The notes under the pieces are model-generated. The model worked only from the letters and a program-made list of their open reading frames with translations, was not told the origin of the DNA and did not search any database. A stretch of DNA of 64,000 bases from Cyanobacteriota bacterium (GTDB taxonomy: Bacteria; Cyanobacteriota; Cyanobacteriia; Thermostichales; Thermostichaceae). Below are positions 32,574-43,092 of the stretch, in pieces (the first letter of the stretch is position 1; every line of letters starts with the position of its first letter). The translations under genes were made by a program, and so were the position numbers. Location: positions 49,710 through 113,709 of the forward strand of contig JANRIL010000006.1 of the NCBI GenBank assembly GCA_033764955.1, given 5' to 3'.

Positions 32574-34898
32574 ATGGTTAGCGTATCTCGCAGAAAATTT
32601 GTTCAAACATTAGGTATTGGTTTTGGTGCAGCAGCCCTTGGCCCGTTGCTACAAAAAAACCAATCTTTAGCAATGCCTTTTCAGGATAGCTTACAGGTGG
32701 CAGCCGCTGGAGAAATGAGCTTTAAGCCGATTCGTGCTGCCCTTCCCTTTCCCACCGATGGCATTGATCTAGCCAGTGAAGCTGAGTTTTATTCCACTTT
32801 TACCGTTATTGATGATGTGGTTTTACCCGAGGGGTTTGAATATACCGTCATCACCAGTTGGGGGGATGATCTGGGCAATGGAGATCGGGTTGGCTTTAAC
32901 CATGACTACACCAGTTTCCTGCCGATGAATGAAGCCGGAGATGAAGGGTTGCTCTCCATCAATCATGAATACATTGACCCGATGGCTTGGATGAGTGCCT
33001 ATGGCAAAGTCATTCAGGATGCTCCGGTGATTAGCCGTGTTCAAAATGTCATCCTCAACGAAGCCGAAGAAACCTTCACGGACGATGAAATTAAGTTCGT
33101 TTGCGGAGAAGCTCTGCGAGAAATGGGTGTAAGCGTCCAGATGATCAAAAAGTCCTCTGGAAAATGGCAGCCCACAGCCAGCCCGTATGGTCGAGCCATT
33201 AGTGGAATTTCCGGTTTAGGCATCAACAAGGTGGGCGCTACCGAATATCAAGGGGTGCAAGGTCGCACTGATTATTTAGTAGCTTCGGGGCCTGCTTTGC
33301 AGGTGTTTGAACAAGGGTGGGATGGGTTAGGCAACCGCATCATTGGCACCATCGGCAATTGCAGTGGTGGTGACACTCCCTGGGGAACCGTCATGACCGC
33401 AGAAGAAAACTTCCAAAGCTGGGTACAAGAGCCTGTATTGCCCAATGGTCAGTCTCCTCTTCCCAACGGAGATTTTGACATCAGTGACGCCTCCAGCAAG
33501 CTAGCCGCGCTTGCCTTAACCGATGTCATCAAATTTGACGCCGAAGATGGCGTGCGGGGTGCTGGCAGTGCTTTCATGCTAGCGGGCAACAAATATGGCT
33601 GGATGGTCGAGATTGACCCCACCATGCCGGATGCTCATCCTGTCAAACACACCGCCTTGGGTCGCTTCCGTCACGAAAACATTACCTTCCGCGCCGAAGA
33701 AGGCAAGCCCTTGGTGGCCTATATGGGTGATGATCGGCGGGGTGGACACACGTGGAAATATGTCAGCAAAGGGATCTATCGGGCGGCAGCGGGCAAAGCC
33801 AACAGTCAGTTGCTTACCGAAGGGACTCTCTATGCGGCCAAGTTGGATCCGATGACCAAAGACAGCCAGGGCGGCAAGGGAGTGTGGATCCCGTTGACGA
33901 TGGATACTCCCATCAACCCGATTCCTCTGGCCTATTTGACCCCCGATAAAGATAGAAAAACAGGAGCCGCCAAATACAACTTCCAACTGCCTGCTCGTCA
34001 AGCACTAGGCCACAAAAATGATGGTGGATCCTTCAAACCCCAGACTCAAGCCGAGATCATGAACTTCATGGCTCGCTACAAAACGCTTGGGGATCTCTAC
34101 GAGAGCCAAGGTGCGATCATGATCGATGCCTTCTTGGCGGCAAATGCCGTGGGAGCCACACCGACCGCTCGCCCTGAAGATTTGGAAGTGCATCCCTTTG
34201 ACAAGTCGGTCTACATTGCCTACACCGACGGTCGGATTGGCGGAGATGGCAGCCCTGATGCCCGTACGTTCCTTACCCGTACCAAGGACGCTAACGACAT
34301 TGGCAAAGCCGGCCCACAACCTTTTGGAGCGATCTTCCGCTTGTTGGAAGAGGGCAATGAACCCACAGCCATGAGTTTTAGCTACGAGGTATTTCAATCT
34401 TCAGGGGAAGTGGGATCCGGTGGCCCTGGCTACGCCAACGTGGACAACCTCGTGTTTGACCCCAATGGCAACCTTTGGCTGGTTACCGATCAATCCACCA
34501 GTGGACACAACCGAGCCATCAAAGATCGCAAAAAAGACCCGATCAACGGTGCTTTTGGCAGCAACTCTCTGATCTTTGTGCCCACCTCTGGCCCTGATGC
34601 CGGCAAGCCTTATCTCTTCTCCTATGGCCCTGTGGAGTGTGAGATGACGGGTCCCACCTTTACCAGAGACGGGCAGACTCTCTTCATCGCCGTGCAGCAT
34701 CCCGGCGAGGTGAACGGCATCCGCAAACAGAAGAAGCAAGAGGTACGGGAGATGGAACTGCTTGCCCGTGATGGCAAGAGCACCTTCAAGCAGACTCGCG
34801 TCGTGCCGATGGGTAGCAACTGGCCGACCGGTAGTGATGGGGATCCCCCCAAGCCCTCGGTGATTGCTATCCAAAAGAAACAAGGTGGCATCGCTTAA
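32574..34898 (+). CDS. phoX: PhoX-family alkaline phosphatase (Tat-exported)
   Basis: SRRKF Tat signal, INHEY, NCSGGDTPWGT...EEN, LGRFRHE, RPED, NVDN, CEMTGP, VQHPGE. Confidence 0.92.
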   Translation: MVSVSRRKFVQTLGIGFGAAALGPLLQKNQSLAMPFQDSLQVAAAGEMSFKPIRAALPFPTDGIDLASEAEFYSTFTVIDDVVLPEGFEYTVITSWGDDLGNGDRVGFNHDYTSFLPMNEAGDEGLLSINHEYIDPMAWMSAYGKVIQDAPVISRVQNVILNEAEETFTDDEIKFVCGEALREMGVSVQMIKKSSGKWQPTASPYGRAISGISGLGINKVGATEYQGVQGRTDYLVASGPALQVFEQGWDGLGNRIIGTIGNCSGGDTPWGTVMTAEENFQSWVQEPVLPNGQSPLPNGDFDISDASSKLAALALTDVIKFDAEDGVRGAGSAFMLAGNKYGWMVEIDPTMPDAHPVKHTALGRFRHENITFRAEEGKPLVAYMGDDRRGGHTWKYVSKGIYRAAAGKANSQLLTEGTLYAAKLDPMTKDSQGGKGVWIPLTMDTPINPIPLAYLTPDKDRKTGAAKYNFQLPARQALGHKNDGGSFKPQTQAEIMNFMARYKTLGDLYESQGAIMIDAFLAANAVGATPTARPEDLEVHPFDKSVYIAYTDGRIGGDGSPDARTFLTRTKDANDIGKAGPQPFGAIFRLLEEGNEPTAMSFSYEVFQSSGEVGSGGPGYANVDNLVFDPNGNLWLVTDQSTSGHNRAIKDRKKDPINGAFGSNSLIFVPTSGPDAGKPYLFSYGPVECEMTGPTFTRDGQTLFIAVQHPGEVNGIRKQKKQEVREMELLARDGKSTFKQTRVVPMGSNWPTGSDGDPPKPSVIAIQKKQGGIA

Positions 34899-34954
34899 GC
34901 GGAGGATCCCTGCCGAAGCTCTCTAGGGATCCAGGCATCTGATTCCCTTAACTC

Positions 34955-34985
34955 AACCCTCACTGCTAGCCAGTGGGGGTTGTTT
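34955..34985 (+). terminator. intrinsic terminator after phoX
   Basis: AACCCTCACTG-ctagc-CAGTGGGGGTT hairpin followed by GTTT. Confidence 0.6.
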
Positions 34986-35083
34986 ATGACTTCTCATTAC
35001 CCTTAGTTCCTGAAGATGGCTTGTAGGGGAGCAGTCTTTGATGAGATATTAAGATTTATCAAACTCCTGAGCAGCCATAGCCT

Positions 35084-36727
35084 ATGAATCGCCAACAAGC
35101 CCTTGTCATCGGATCGGGATTCGGTGGATTGTCGATGGGCATTCGCCTGCAAAGTTTGGGGTTTGACACCACGATTGTCGAAAAGTTATCCATTCCGGGT
35201 GGACGAGCCTGTGTTCGCCAGGTGGATGGGTTTACCTTTGATATGGGGCCAACGGTGATCACGGTTCCCCATTTTATTGAAGAACTTTTCTCCCTAGAAC
35301 GGGATCAGGCGGATTTGACTTCTCCCGATTTTCCGACAGAGATTGTGGATGAAAGTAAGCGGATTACGTCAGGGATTTCTGGCGGATCCCATACCAGTCG
35401 CTATGTGTCCATCATCCCCATCTTGCCCTTTTATCGCATTTATTTTGATGACCAAACCTTCTTTGATTATGACGGGGATCCCGTCCATACTCGCCAGCAG
35501 ATTCAACAATTGGGTGAGCCGGGAGATCTAGAGGGTTATGAGCGATTTCACCGGGATGCGAAAGCTATCTTTGAGCGGGGTTTTTTGGAATTGGGTTACA
35601 CCCACTTTGGCACGCCAGGATCCATGCTGAAAGTGGCTCCTGATTTGATGCGGTTGGATGCCGTGCGGACTCTTTTTGGGTTTAGCAGTAAATATTTTAA
35701 GAGTGACAAGCTCCGCCAAGTTTTTAGCTTTGAGACCCTTTTGGTGGGGGGGAATCCCCTCTCGGTTCCCGCTATCTATGCCATGATTCACTTTGTGGAA
35801 AAAACCTGGGGTATTCATTTTGCGATGGGGGGAACCGGAGCTTTGGTGAATGGTTTTGTGCGTAAGTTTGAGGAGCTTGGGGGTAAAATTCGCTATAACT
35901 CAGAGGTGCGTCAAATTAATGTGGAGCGGCGGGCAGGCAAAAAAGTTGCCACAGGGGTAACTCTTGCGGATGGAACTGTGTTATCGGCTGATCTAGTGGT
36001 CTCCAATGGGGATTGGGCTACCACCTATGGAAAGTGGATTGCTCCTCAATATCGCTTCTGGAATAGCAATATCCGCATCCAATTGACCCAACAGTCCATG
36101 TCTCTGTTTGTGATTTATTTTGGCTTTAAAGCCGATGGCAAAGAATCGGAGCAATTGCGCCATCACACCATCATTCTTGGCCCCCGCTACGAAGAACTTC
36201 TCAAGGATATTTTTGGGCGGAAAATTTTAGCTAAAGATTTTTCTCAATACCTGCATGTGCCCACCCTGACGGATCCCTCTCTGGCTCCCCCCGGATACCA
36301 TGCTGCCTATACTCTCCTGCCTGTCCCCCACAATGGATCGGGCATCAATTGGCAAGAGGCGGCTGAACCGCTCATGAATACGGTCTTCACCTTTTTGGAG
36401 GAGCGGGGCTATTTGCCAGGATTGAAAGGGCGGTTAGTGCATCAGAGCTACATTACTCCCGATTATTTTGAGCACACCCTCAGTTCCTATCTAGGAAACG
36501 CCTTTGGCCCCGAACCCCTCCTGCGACAATCCGCCTTTTTCCGACCCCATAATCGCAGTGAAGACATCACCGGACTTTATCTAGTGGGAGCAGGCACACA
36601 GCCGGGGGCGGGTACTCCCAGTGTGATGATGTCGGCAAAGATGACCGCTCGCTTAATCGCCAACGATTTCGCCATTTCTGAGGCGATAGTTCAAGGCAAA
36701 AGCAACTCCCAGTTGGCCTATCGCTAA
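35084..36727 (+). CDS. crtI: bacterial-type phytoene desaturase (CrtI family)
   Basis: VIGSGFGG dinucleotide fold, [44 protein letters not shown]. Confidence 0.85.
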   Translation: MNRQQALVIGSGFGGLSMGIRLQSLGFDTTIVEKLSIPGGRACVRQVDGFTFDMGPTVITVPHFIEELFSLERDQADLTSPDFPTEIVDESKRITSGISGGSHTSRYVSIIPILPFYRIYFDDQTFFDYDGDPVHTRQQIQQLGEPGDLEGYERFHRDAKAIFERGFLELGYTHFGTPGSMLKVAPDLMRLDAVRTLFGFSSKYFKSDKLRQVFSFETLLVGGNPLSVPAIYAMIHFVEKTWGIHFAMGGTGALVNGFVRKFEELGGKIRYNSEVRQINVERRAGKKVATGVTLADGTVLSADLVVSNGDWATTYGKWIAPQYRFWNSNIRIQLTQQSMSLFVIYFGFKADGKESEQLRHHTIILGPRYEELLKDIFGRKILAKDFSQYLHVPTLTDPSLAPPGYHAAYTLLPVPHNGSGINWQEAAEPLMNTVFTFLEERGYLPGLKGRLVHQSYITPDYFEHTLSSYLGNAFGPEPLLRQSAFFRPHNRSEDITGLYLVGAGTQPGAGTPSVMMSAKMTARLIANDFAISEAIVQGKSNSQLAYR

Positions 36728-36762
36728 AAAGGGTTCTCATTCCCGCCCACCCTCAAAAAATT

Positions 36763-36788
36763 AGCCTGGTCGGGATCCCGACCAGGCT
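36763..36788. terminator. perfect 26-bp palindrome between convergent crtI and tkt
   Basis: AGCCTGGTCGGGATCCCGACCAGGCT is self-complementary. Confidence 0.6.
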
Positions 36789-36809
36789 TGTTGCTCTCAG
36801 CGAGACCCA

Positions 36810-38810
36810 TTAAGCCAGCAAGGCGCGGGCGGTATTCAACACATTCTCCACCGTGATGCCAAACTTCTCCATACAGACCGGACCAGGCGCAGAGGCTCCA
36901 AAGGTGTCGATACCAATAGCTTTCCCTTGGTCACCGACATATTTGCTCCAGCCAAAGGTGCTTCCTGCCTCTAGGGAAATCCGCTTTTTGACGCCGGGGG
37001 GCAATACCTCATCTCGATAGCTCTGGGGTTGCGCCTCAAACAGCTCCCAACAGGGCATGGAAACCACCCGCACAGCTTTTCCTTCCTCCGCCAGGGTGGC
37101 CGCCGCCTTGACCACCACTTCCACTTCCGATCCAGTGGCGATCAAAATCAGCTCAGGGTTTGGGGCATCCACCACCACATAGGCTCCCTTCGCTACCCCT
37201 TCTATGGAGGATCCAGCGATCGGGTTGAGGGCTTGTCGCGTAAACACCAACAAAGAGGGAGTTTTGGCTGACTCAATCGCCACCGTGTAGGATCCCACCG
37301 TTTCACGGGCATCCGCCGGACGGAAGACATAAAGGTTGGGAATCACCCGTAGGGAAGCAATCGTCTCGACGGGCTGGTGGGTGGGGCCGTCTTCTCCCAA
37401 AGCCACCGAGTCGTGGGTCATGACATGCAGCACCCGCACCTGAGACAGCGCCGACAAACGAATCGCCGCCCGCATATAGTCCGTAAAGATCAAGAAGGTA
37501 GCATCGTAGGGAATTAAGCCCCCGTGCAGAGTCATGCCATTAACAATCGCCCCCATGCCATGCTCCCGCACCCCAAACCGGAAGTTGCGGCCTTCATAGG
37601 ATCCGGGCTGAAAATCCGGGATCCCTTTCATGTAGGTCATGTTGGAGTGCGCCAAATCGGCGGATCCCCCCAACAACTCAGGCAGAGCTGGAGCTAGGGC
37701 ATTCAAGCAAAACTTGGAGAGGTTGCGGGTAGACTCTTTGCCAGTTTCCGCTACGGGGGCGAGGGCTTCTTTCCAGCCGGAGGGCAACTCACCCGCCATC
37801 ATCCGTTGAAACTCAGCCGCTTCGGCTGGATAGGCTTTTTGATAAGCCGCAAACTTCTCGTTCCACTCCGCCTCTAATTGAGATCCCTTGTCGATGGCTT
37901 GGCGGAAATGCTTGAGCACATCCTCCGGCACCAAAAACGTGGGTTCAAGGGGCCAGCCCAGTTTTTCTTTGGTCAGTTGCACTTCGGTATCCCCCAGAGG
38001 CGCTCCATGCACATCAGCGGTTCCGGCTTTGTTGGGGGATCCATAGCCAATGGTTGTGGTGACCACAATAAAGGAGGGTTTGTCGGTGACGGCTTTGGCA
38101 TTGTCGAGAGCCGTGGCAATCGCTGCTAGATCATGGTTGCCGTCCGCCACATATTGCACATGCCAGCCATAAGCTTCGTAACGCTTGCCCACATCTTCCG
38201 TAAAAGCCAGATCGGTGCTGCCATCAATCGAGATGCTGTTGCTGTCATAGAGCATGATCAGCTTGCCCAGCTTGAGGTGTCCGGCCAGAGAAGCGGCTTC
38301 ACTGGCTATCCCCTCCATGTTGCATCCATCCCCCAAGATCACATAGGTATAGTGGTCAACGATGGTGTGTCCCGGTTTGTTAAACTTGGCGGCTAAGTGA
38401 GCCTCGGCAATCGCCAAACCCACCGCATTGCCTACCCCTTGGCCGAGGGGACCGGTGGTGACTTCTACGCCGGGGGTTTCAAAATTTTCGGGATGACCGG
38501 GGGTTTTGCTTCCCCATTGGCGAAATTGTTTGAGGTCATCCATGCTCAGATCATAGCCAGTCAGGTGCAGCAAGGCATATTGCAACATGCAGCCATGCCC
38601 CGCCGAGAGAATAAAGCGATCCCGATCCACCCACTTCGGATTTTGGGGATTAAAGCGCATAAACTGCTGCCAGAGCACATAGGCCATCGGGGCTGCTCCC
38701 ATGGGCAGTCCAGGGTGACCGGATTTAGCTTTTTGTACAGCATCGACCGCCAAAAAGCGGATCGTATTGATGGAAAGTTCGGCTAGGGAGGGGGGAGCGG
38801 CAGTTGGCAT
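36810..38810 (-). CDS. tkt: transketolase
   Basis: [28 protein letters not shown] motif, [16 protein letters not shown]. Confidence 0.97.
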   Translation of the reverse strand: MPTAAPPSLAELSINTIRFLAVDAVQKAKSGHPGLPMGAAPMAYVLWQQFMRFNPQNPKWVDRDRFILSAGHGCMLQYALLHLTGYDLSMDDLKQFRQWGSKTPGHPENFETPGVEVTTGPLGQGVGNAVGLAIAEAHLAAKFNKPGHTIVDHYTYVILGDGCNMEGIASEAASLAGHLKLGKLIMLYDSNSISIDGSTDLAFTEDVGKRYEAYGWHVQYVADGNHDLAAIATALDNAKAVTDKPSFIVVTTTIGYGSPNKAGTADVHGAPLGDTEVQLTKEKLGWPLEPTFLVPEDVLKHFRQAIDKGSQLEAEWNEKFAAYQKAYPAEAAEFQRMMAGELPSGWKEALAPVAETGKESTRNLSKFCLNALAPALPELLGGSADLAHSNMTYMKGIPDFQPGSYEGRNFRFGVREHGMGAIVNGMTLHGGLIPYDATFLIFTDYMRAAIRLSALSQVRVLHVMTHDSVALGEDGPTHQPVETIASLRVIPNLYVFRPADARETVGSYTVAIESAKTPSLLVFTRQALNPIAGSSIEGVAKGAYVVVDAPNPELILIATGSEVEVVVKAAATLAEEGKAVRVVSMPCWELFEAQPQSYRDEVLPPGVKKRISLEAGSTFGWSKYVGDQGKAIGIDTFGASAPGPVCMEKFGITVENVLNTARALLA

Positions 38811-39006
38811 AGTCTCTGTCCTTACGTCAGCACAGCAACGTTCTCACTGTAGCAGTAGAGGGGAGACGGATTGACCTCCCTCGCCAATCTCTGGGCTAAA
38901 TTCCATCCAGACGGGATCCCTTTTCACTGATTTCTTAGGGATTTTTCATCGCTCTTGGCTTCCTTTAGCCACCATCGCTCCTCCCTATCCTCCCAACCAA
39001 AGGACA

Positions 39007-39870
39007 CTAGGGGGCAAACAACTGAGCAACTGCCGTAATATGCTCAGCACCATAGCCCTGAGCTACCGCCTTCTCATAAACCTGCTGCATGGTGGTGCTG
39101 ACGGGGGTAAAGGAGGCTGGAGAATGTGCCAGGAGATAGCGAAAGTCTTTCTCAACCAGGGCGATTGGAAATAGGGGAGTGTGCTGATTGGCGGCGATCA
39201 AACAGCCTGCCCCCTGCGCGGCTGGGCTGATCACCGGTAGTTGACTGAGACAGACCATCGCTGGTAGGGCTGGGATCCCTTGCTGTCCCAGGATTGCCAA
39301 CGCCTCCGCCAGAGCGGCAACTTGTGTGCCAAACAGCCCATTCACCGCCAGTTTCATCGCCATACCCTGCCCGATTGAGCCGATAGAGTGAATTGTGGCG
39401 ATTCCGGCACTGTGCAGAACAGGTTCAACGACTTTGAGGATGTCGGGATCCCCCCCTGCCAGCCCGATCAGTTTGCCAGCCTCCGCTTGGGGACGGGATC
39501 CCACAACAGGCACCTCCAGAAAGGGAATGTCCCGCTGAGCAAGAGTGGTGGCTAGGGTTTTTGTCCATGCCACGGTCAGGGTACTGGACTCAAGGGCAAT
39601 CTGCTGGGATCCCATCCCTAGGCTGGCTCCGATCTGAGGATCTAACCAGATCTGACGGGATGCCTCGTCGTCGGTGACCATACTGATCACAAGGTTGGCT
39701 TGCTCGGCGGCTTCCCTGGGGGTGATAGCTAGGGTAGCTCCTTTTTCCAGTAAGGGCTGAGCTTTGCTGACCGTCCGGTTATAGACCACCACGGCGTAGT
39801 CAGCTTTCAGCAAATTGTGGGCGAGGCGGGATCCCATCGCGCCGCTGCCAAGAATGGCGATCCGGTTCAT
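39007..39870 (-). CDS. NAD(P)-dependent oxidoreductase, 3-hydroxyisobutyrate dehydrogenase family
   Basis: GSGAMG, YNRT, PVVGS, MKLAVN, KDF. Confidence 0.9.
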   Translation of the reverse strand: MNRIAILGSGAMGSRLAHNLLKADYAVVVYNRTVSKAQPLLEKGATLAITPREAAEQANLVISMVTDDEASRQIWLDPQIGASLGMGSQQIALESSTLTVAWTKTLATTLAQRDIPFLEVPVVGSRPQAEAGKLIGLAGGDPDILKVVEPVLHSAGIATIHSIGSIGQGMAMKLAVNGLFGTQVAALAEALAILGQQGIPALPAMVCLSQLPVISPAAQGAGCLIAANQHTPLFPIALVEKDFRYLLAHSPASFTPVSTTMQQVYEKAVAQGYGAEHITAVAQLFAP

Positions 39871-40012
39871 AGCGGGTTCTCTCTAGAAGGTGATAAAAAC
39901 CACGGTATAGGCTGCGGAGGAAGCAATAAAGATGAATTTGTGAATGGCTCTCGTGCGATATTGGCATGAATCATCCAGTGAGAGGGTGGGCAGTCGAAGA
40001 GCGGTTTTGCCT

Positions 40013-40909
40013 ATGGATCTATCGGTGTTGAAGCTATTTGTGGAAGTAGTACGGCAGGGCAGTTTTGCGGCGGTGGCGCGGGAGCATCAAATGGATCCTT
40101 CCTCCGTCTCACGAGCCATCGCGGGTTTAGAGGCCGAACTAGGGATCCGCCTTTTTCAACGCACCACGCGTCAGTTATCCCCCACGGAGGCAGGGGCAGC
40201 CTATTTTCAGCGTATACAGCCCCTGATCGAGGAGATTGAGCAGGCCAGAGCAATGGCGACAGATCTGTCGGGTCAACCCAAGGGATCCCTGCGGGTGACG
40301 GCTTCGGTGGCTTTTGGGTTGACCTGTATCGTTCCTCATTTGCCCAGGTTTGCCGCCCTTTATCCGACCTTGACGGTAGATTTGCTGCTCACCGATACGG
40401 TGGTGGATTTGTTGACGGAGCGGGTTGATCTGGCGATTCGGCTAGGACTACTGGCGGATTCTTCCCTGATGGCGCAACGGCTGATGCCCACCCACTATCG
40501 GGTTTGTGCTAGTCCCGACTACTTGCGGCGAGCCGGATCCCCGGCGCAACCTCAGGATATCGAGGAGCACGATTGTTTACGCTTTCCATTGCCGGGATTT
40601 CGCTCCCGTTGGATCTTTCAGGATAGCCAGGGATCCCTGAGGGAGGTAGCCGTGCAAGGACGAATCGTGATTTCCAATGCCCTCGCTTTGCGGGAGTGTG
40701 CCAAGGCAGGCATGGGATTAGCGTTGCTCCCGAACTGGTTAATTGCCGCCGATCTGAAAGAGGGAGGTTTAATCCACCTCTTCCCTAACTATCAGGTGAC
40801 AGCCACCGATTTCCACACAGCCGCTTGGCTAGTCTACCCCTCTCGCGCCTATATTCCCGGAAAGGTAAGAGTTTTTATGGAGTTTTTGAAGCAATCTCTG
40901 GCTATCTAA
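40013..40909 (+). CDS. LysR-family transcriptional regulator
   Basis: GSFAAVA...SSVSRAI...LFQRTTR HTH; divergent from the oxidoreductase. ATG 40013 preferred. Confidence 0.93.
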   Translation: MDLSVLKLFVEVVRQGSFAAVAREHQMDPSSVSRAIAGLEAELGIRLFQRTTRQLSPTEAGAAYFQRIQPLIEEIEQARAMATDLSGQPKGSLRVTASVAFGLTCIVPHLPRFAALYPTLTVDLLLTDTVVDLLTERVDLAIRLGLLADSSLMAQRLMPTHYRVCASPDYLRRAGSPAQPQDIEEHDCLRFPLPGFRSRWIFQDSQGSLREVAVQGRIVISNALALRECAKAGMGLALLPNWLIAADLKEGGLIHLFPNYQVTATDFHTAAWLVYPSRAYIPGKVRVFMEFLKQSLAI

Positions 40910-41047
40910 GCAGCTATCCTCAAAATTTCTCGGCCAAGAGAGTAGATTTTCCTAACCTATTTAGTCATCCCGTCGAATGAGCCTATGCGATTTTTGGCAA
41001 GACCTGTCTAGACTATAGACAGAATCTGACTCAGGAAAACTTGCCCT

Positions 41048-41410
41048 ATGCCCGATCAGCAACAGCCCGCCCCTTCTCCCACGGATTCTCCTGTCGATGA
41101 AGTGATCGATATCGAAATTATCAACGGGGAACCAACCCCTGGGGGATCCCATACGGTTGAGGAACTCAAAATCAGCGGGGATGCCTTGGTAGCTAAGATC
41201 AAAGAATTGATTGACCAAACGAATGTCCGACGCATTCTCATCAAAAATCAAGAGGGTCAAGTGTTGCTAGAAATTCCCTTAGCGGTGGGAGTAACCGCAG
41301 GGGTAATTGGAGCTGCTCTTTTTCCTGTGTTTGCGGGGCTAGGGGCAATCGGTGCTCTAGTGGCTAATTTAACGATTGTGGTTGAACGGGTAGAGGATGG
41401 GGCTCCTTGA
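41048..41410 (+). CDS. DUF4342 domain protein
   Basis: EELKISG..LV.KIKELI...NVRRI.IK...LLEIPL, TIVVER. Confidence 0.85.
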   Translation: MPDQQQPAPSPTDSPVDEVIDIEIINGEPTPGGSHTVEELKISGDALVAKIKELIDQTNVRRILIKNQEGQVLLEIPLAVGVTAGVIGAALFPVFAGLGAIGALVANLTIVVERVEDGAP

Positions 41411-41543
41411 AGAAAAAACTCTCCATCAACTTGCCTACTCATGAATATCTTTCCTGATGGATTTTTCGGATGGATTTTTTAATCATCCCTGTTGACCATC
41501 TCATTTGCTATCTTAAAAACTACATTTTTGCTGGGTAAGAATC

Positions 41544-42263
41544 ATGTTAATTAGTGCCAAACCCACAGCACAAACAACCACTTCAGAAATTATCTATCCC
41601 AGTCAGGATGGTGAACCGTTGGCGGAAACACAAGAACACGTTTGGGTTATATTGATCACCCTCAGTATTTTGAGTCAATACCTCAGCCAGCAACCAGCCG
41701 TCGTTTTTGCCAATCAGTTTCTCTACTACATAGAAGGCAACCCCAAAGCCAGGGTAGCTCCCGATGTCATGGTTGTTTTTAATATTCCTCCCGGCATGAG
41801 AGGCAACTATAAAATTTGGCAGGAAGAAGAAACCCCCGCCATTATCTTTGAGATGACCTCTGCTGGTACAAAAGAGCATGATTGGGGATTCAAAAAAAAT
41901 CTTTATGAACAATTGGGTGTGCAGGAATACTGGCTTTTTGACCCTTACGGGGATTGGATTGCCGATCAATTGCGGGGCTATAGTCTGAATGAGGATGGCA
42001 TCTACAAACCCATTCATGATTCCTCTAGCCAGGTTTTGTCACTCCGACTGCAACCCAATGGATATTTAATTGATTTCTACCGCTTGGATGATGGGGAAAA
42101 ACTGCTCACTCCCGACGAGTTATTGACGGCTGCTCAACAGGAACACCAACGGGCCGAACAGGAGCATCAACGAGCCGAACAGGAGCGCCAACGGGCGGAA
42201 CAGGAGCGCCAACGAGCCGAGCAGCTTGCCGAACAACTGCGGAGACTGGGGGTAGATGTTTGA
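41544..42263 (+). CDS. Uma2-family (PD-(D/E)XK) endonuclease
   Basis: YPSQDGEPLAE, VAPDVMVV, IFEMTS, LGVQEYWLFDP; EQERQRA tail. Confidence 0.92.
   Translation: MLISAKPTAQTTTSEIIYPSQDGEPLAETQEHVWVILITLSILSQYLSQQPAVVFANQFLYYIEGNPKARVAPDVMVVFNIPPGMRGNYKIWQEEETPAIIFEMTSAGTKEHDWGFKKNLYEQLGVQEYWLFDPYGDWIADQLRGYSLNEDGIYKPIHDSSSQVLSLRLQPNGYLIDFYRLDDGEKLLTPDELLTAAQQEHQRAEQEHQRAEQERQRAEQERQRAEQLAEQLRRLGVDV
42135..42218 (+). repeat. 4 x 21-bp coding tandem repeat (xQE[H/R]QRA)
   Basis: GAACAGGAGCGCCAACG-type units; two similar units occur in the second Uma2 gene near 56640-56682. Confidence 0.8.
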
Positions 42264-42311
42264 GCCATCTCTGGGGACTGGCCTCAAACTGGTACAAATT
42301 TCGTAAAGTAG

Positions 42312-42522
42312 CTACAACAAGAAAGGTTCATGACCATGAGCGGCCACTGCTGCCCTATCCTCACCTACCGGACTGCGCTGCATGGCTGGATGCTGAGCCC
42401 CACGACCAGAGCCGATAGCAGGGGGCCGTGCGACTCTCCTCGACAAAGGTGGCTCCCGCCGCCAGCAAATTGGGATTGAGGGCTAACCCCCACATCAGGA
42501 TTCCATTGACAGCAAAAAGCAT
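42312..42522 (-). pseudogene. frameshifted, truncated gamma-glutamylcyclotransferase / allophanate hydrolase C-terminal-like gene
   Basis: MLFAVNGILMWGLALNPNLLAAGATFVEESRTAPCYRLWS, then QHPAMQR in another frame after a shift near 42400. Confidence 0.65.
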
Positions 42523-42700
42523 GACAACATCTCAAACAGGGATCCCGACCTCCCTCCCCGACCTCCCTCGCCGCGAACGGAGGGGATCTGGTCAATAACC
42601 CAGATACCTCGGCGATTTTACCCTAGGTGGCGACTATTCTGGTGTTTGTGGGGGGACTGCACCATGATTGACCCATTGCCAGCCAGGATTAAAGCCCGAC

Positions 42701-43075
42701 CTAAGGGATGGTGCAGGTCAACAGAATGCTCCGGGGGTACTGGCTTTGCAGGGTGGTCTGTCGTTGCGGATCGGGTCGGCCATAGGTGGCGAGACTTTGT
42801 AACTGATCAGGAGTGGGCGGGGTGTCACGGATCTCTTCTCCCAGGCTGCTAAACAGGATCACCCTCTGGAGTCGGATCTGGCGGCGTTGGGCGCGTTGGT
42901 AAATCTCCGCGTATTGTGTGACCACCTGCTGCCACTGCGTCGGGGGACAGTAGCTGCGTTCTATCAACAGAACTGGGTGAGGGGTCGTGAAAGTGTAAAG
43001 CCCTATGCTCGCCAAGGCAAAACCTAGCCAACCCAGGATCAGGATACGTAAAAGCTTCTGGTTCAGTCGTCCCAT
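42701..43075 (-). CDS. membrane-anchored hypothetical protein (vWA operon)
   Basis: N-terminal TM, LIERSYCP motif; GAGG SD, 17 nt after the vWA gene. Confidence 0.75.
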   Translation of the reverse strand: MGRLNQKLLRILILGWLGFALASIGLYTFTTPHPVLLIERSYCPPTQWQQVVTQYAEIYQRAQRRQIRLQRVILFSSLGEEIRDTPPTPDQLQSLATYGRPDPQRQTTLQSQYPRSILLTCTIP

Positions 43076-43092
43076 GGCGGTGTCCTCGGAGC

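Noticed and set aside
42135..42218. 21-bp repeats as a CRISPR array
   Set aside because: No spacers; they are in-frame coding repeats of the Uma2 tail. No cas genes or repeat-spacer arrays were seen in the window.
42303..42315. NtcA site GTAAAGTAGCTAC
   Set aside because: The spacing is GTA-N7-TAC, not N8.
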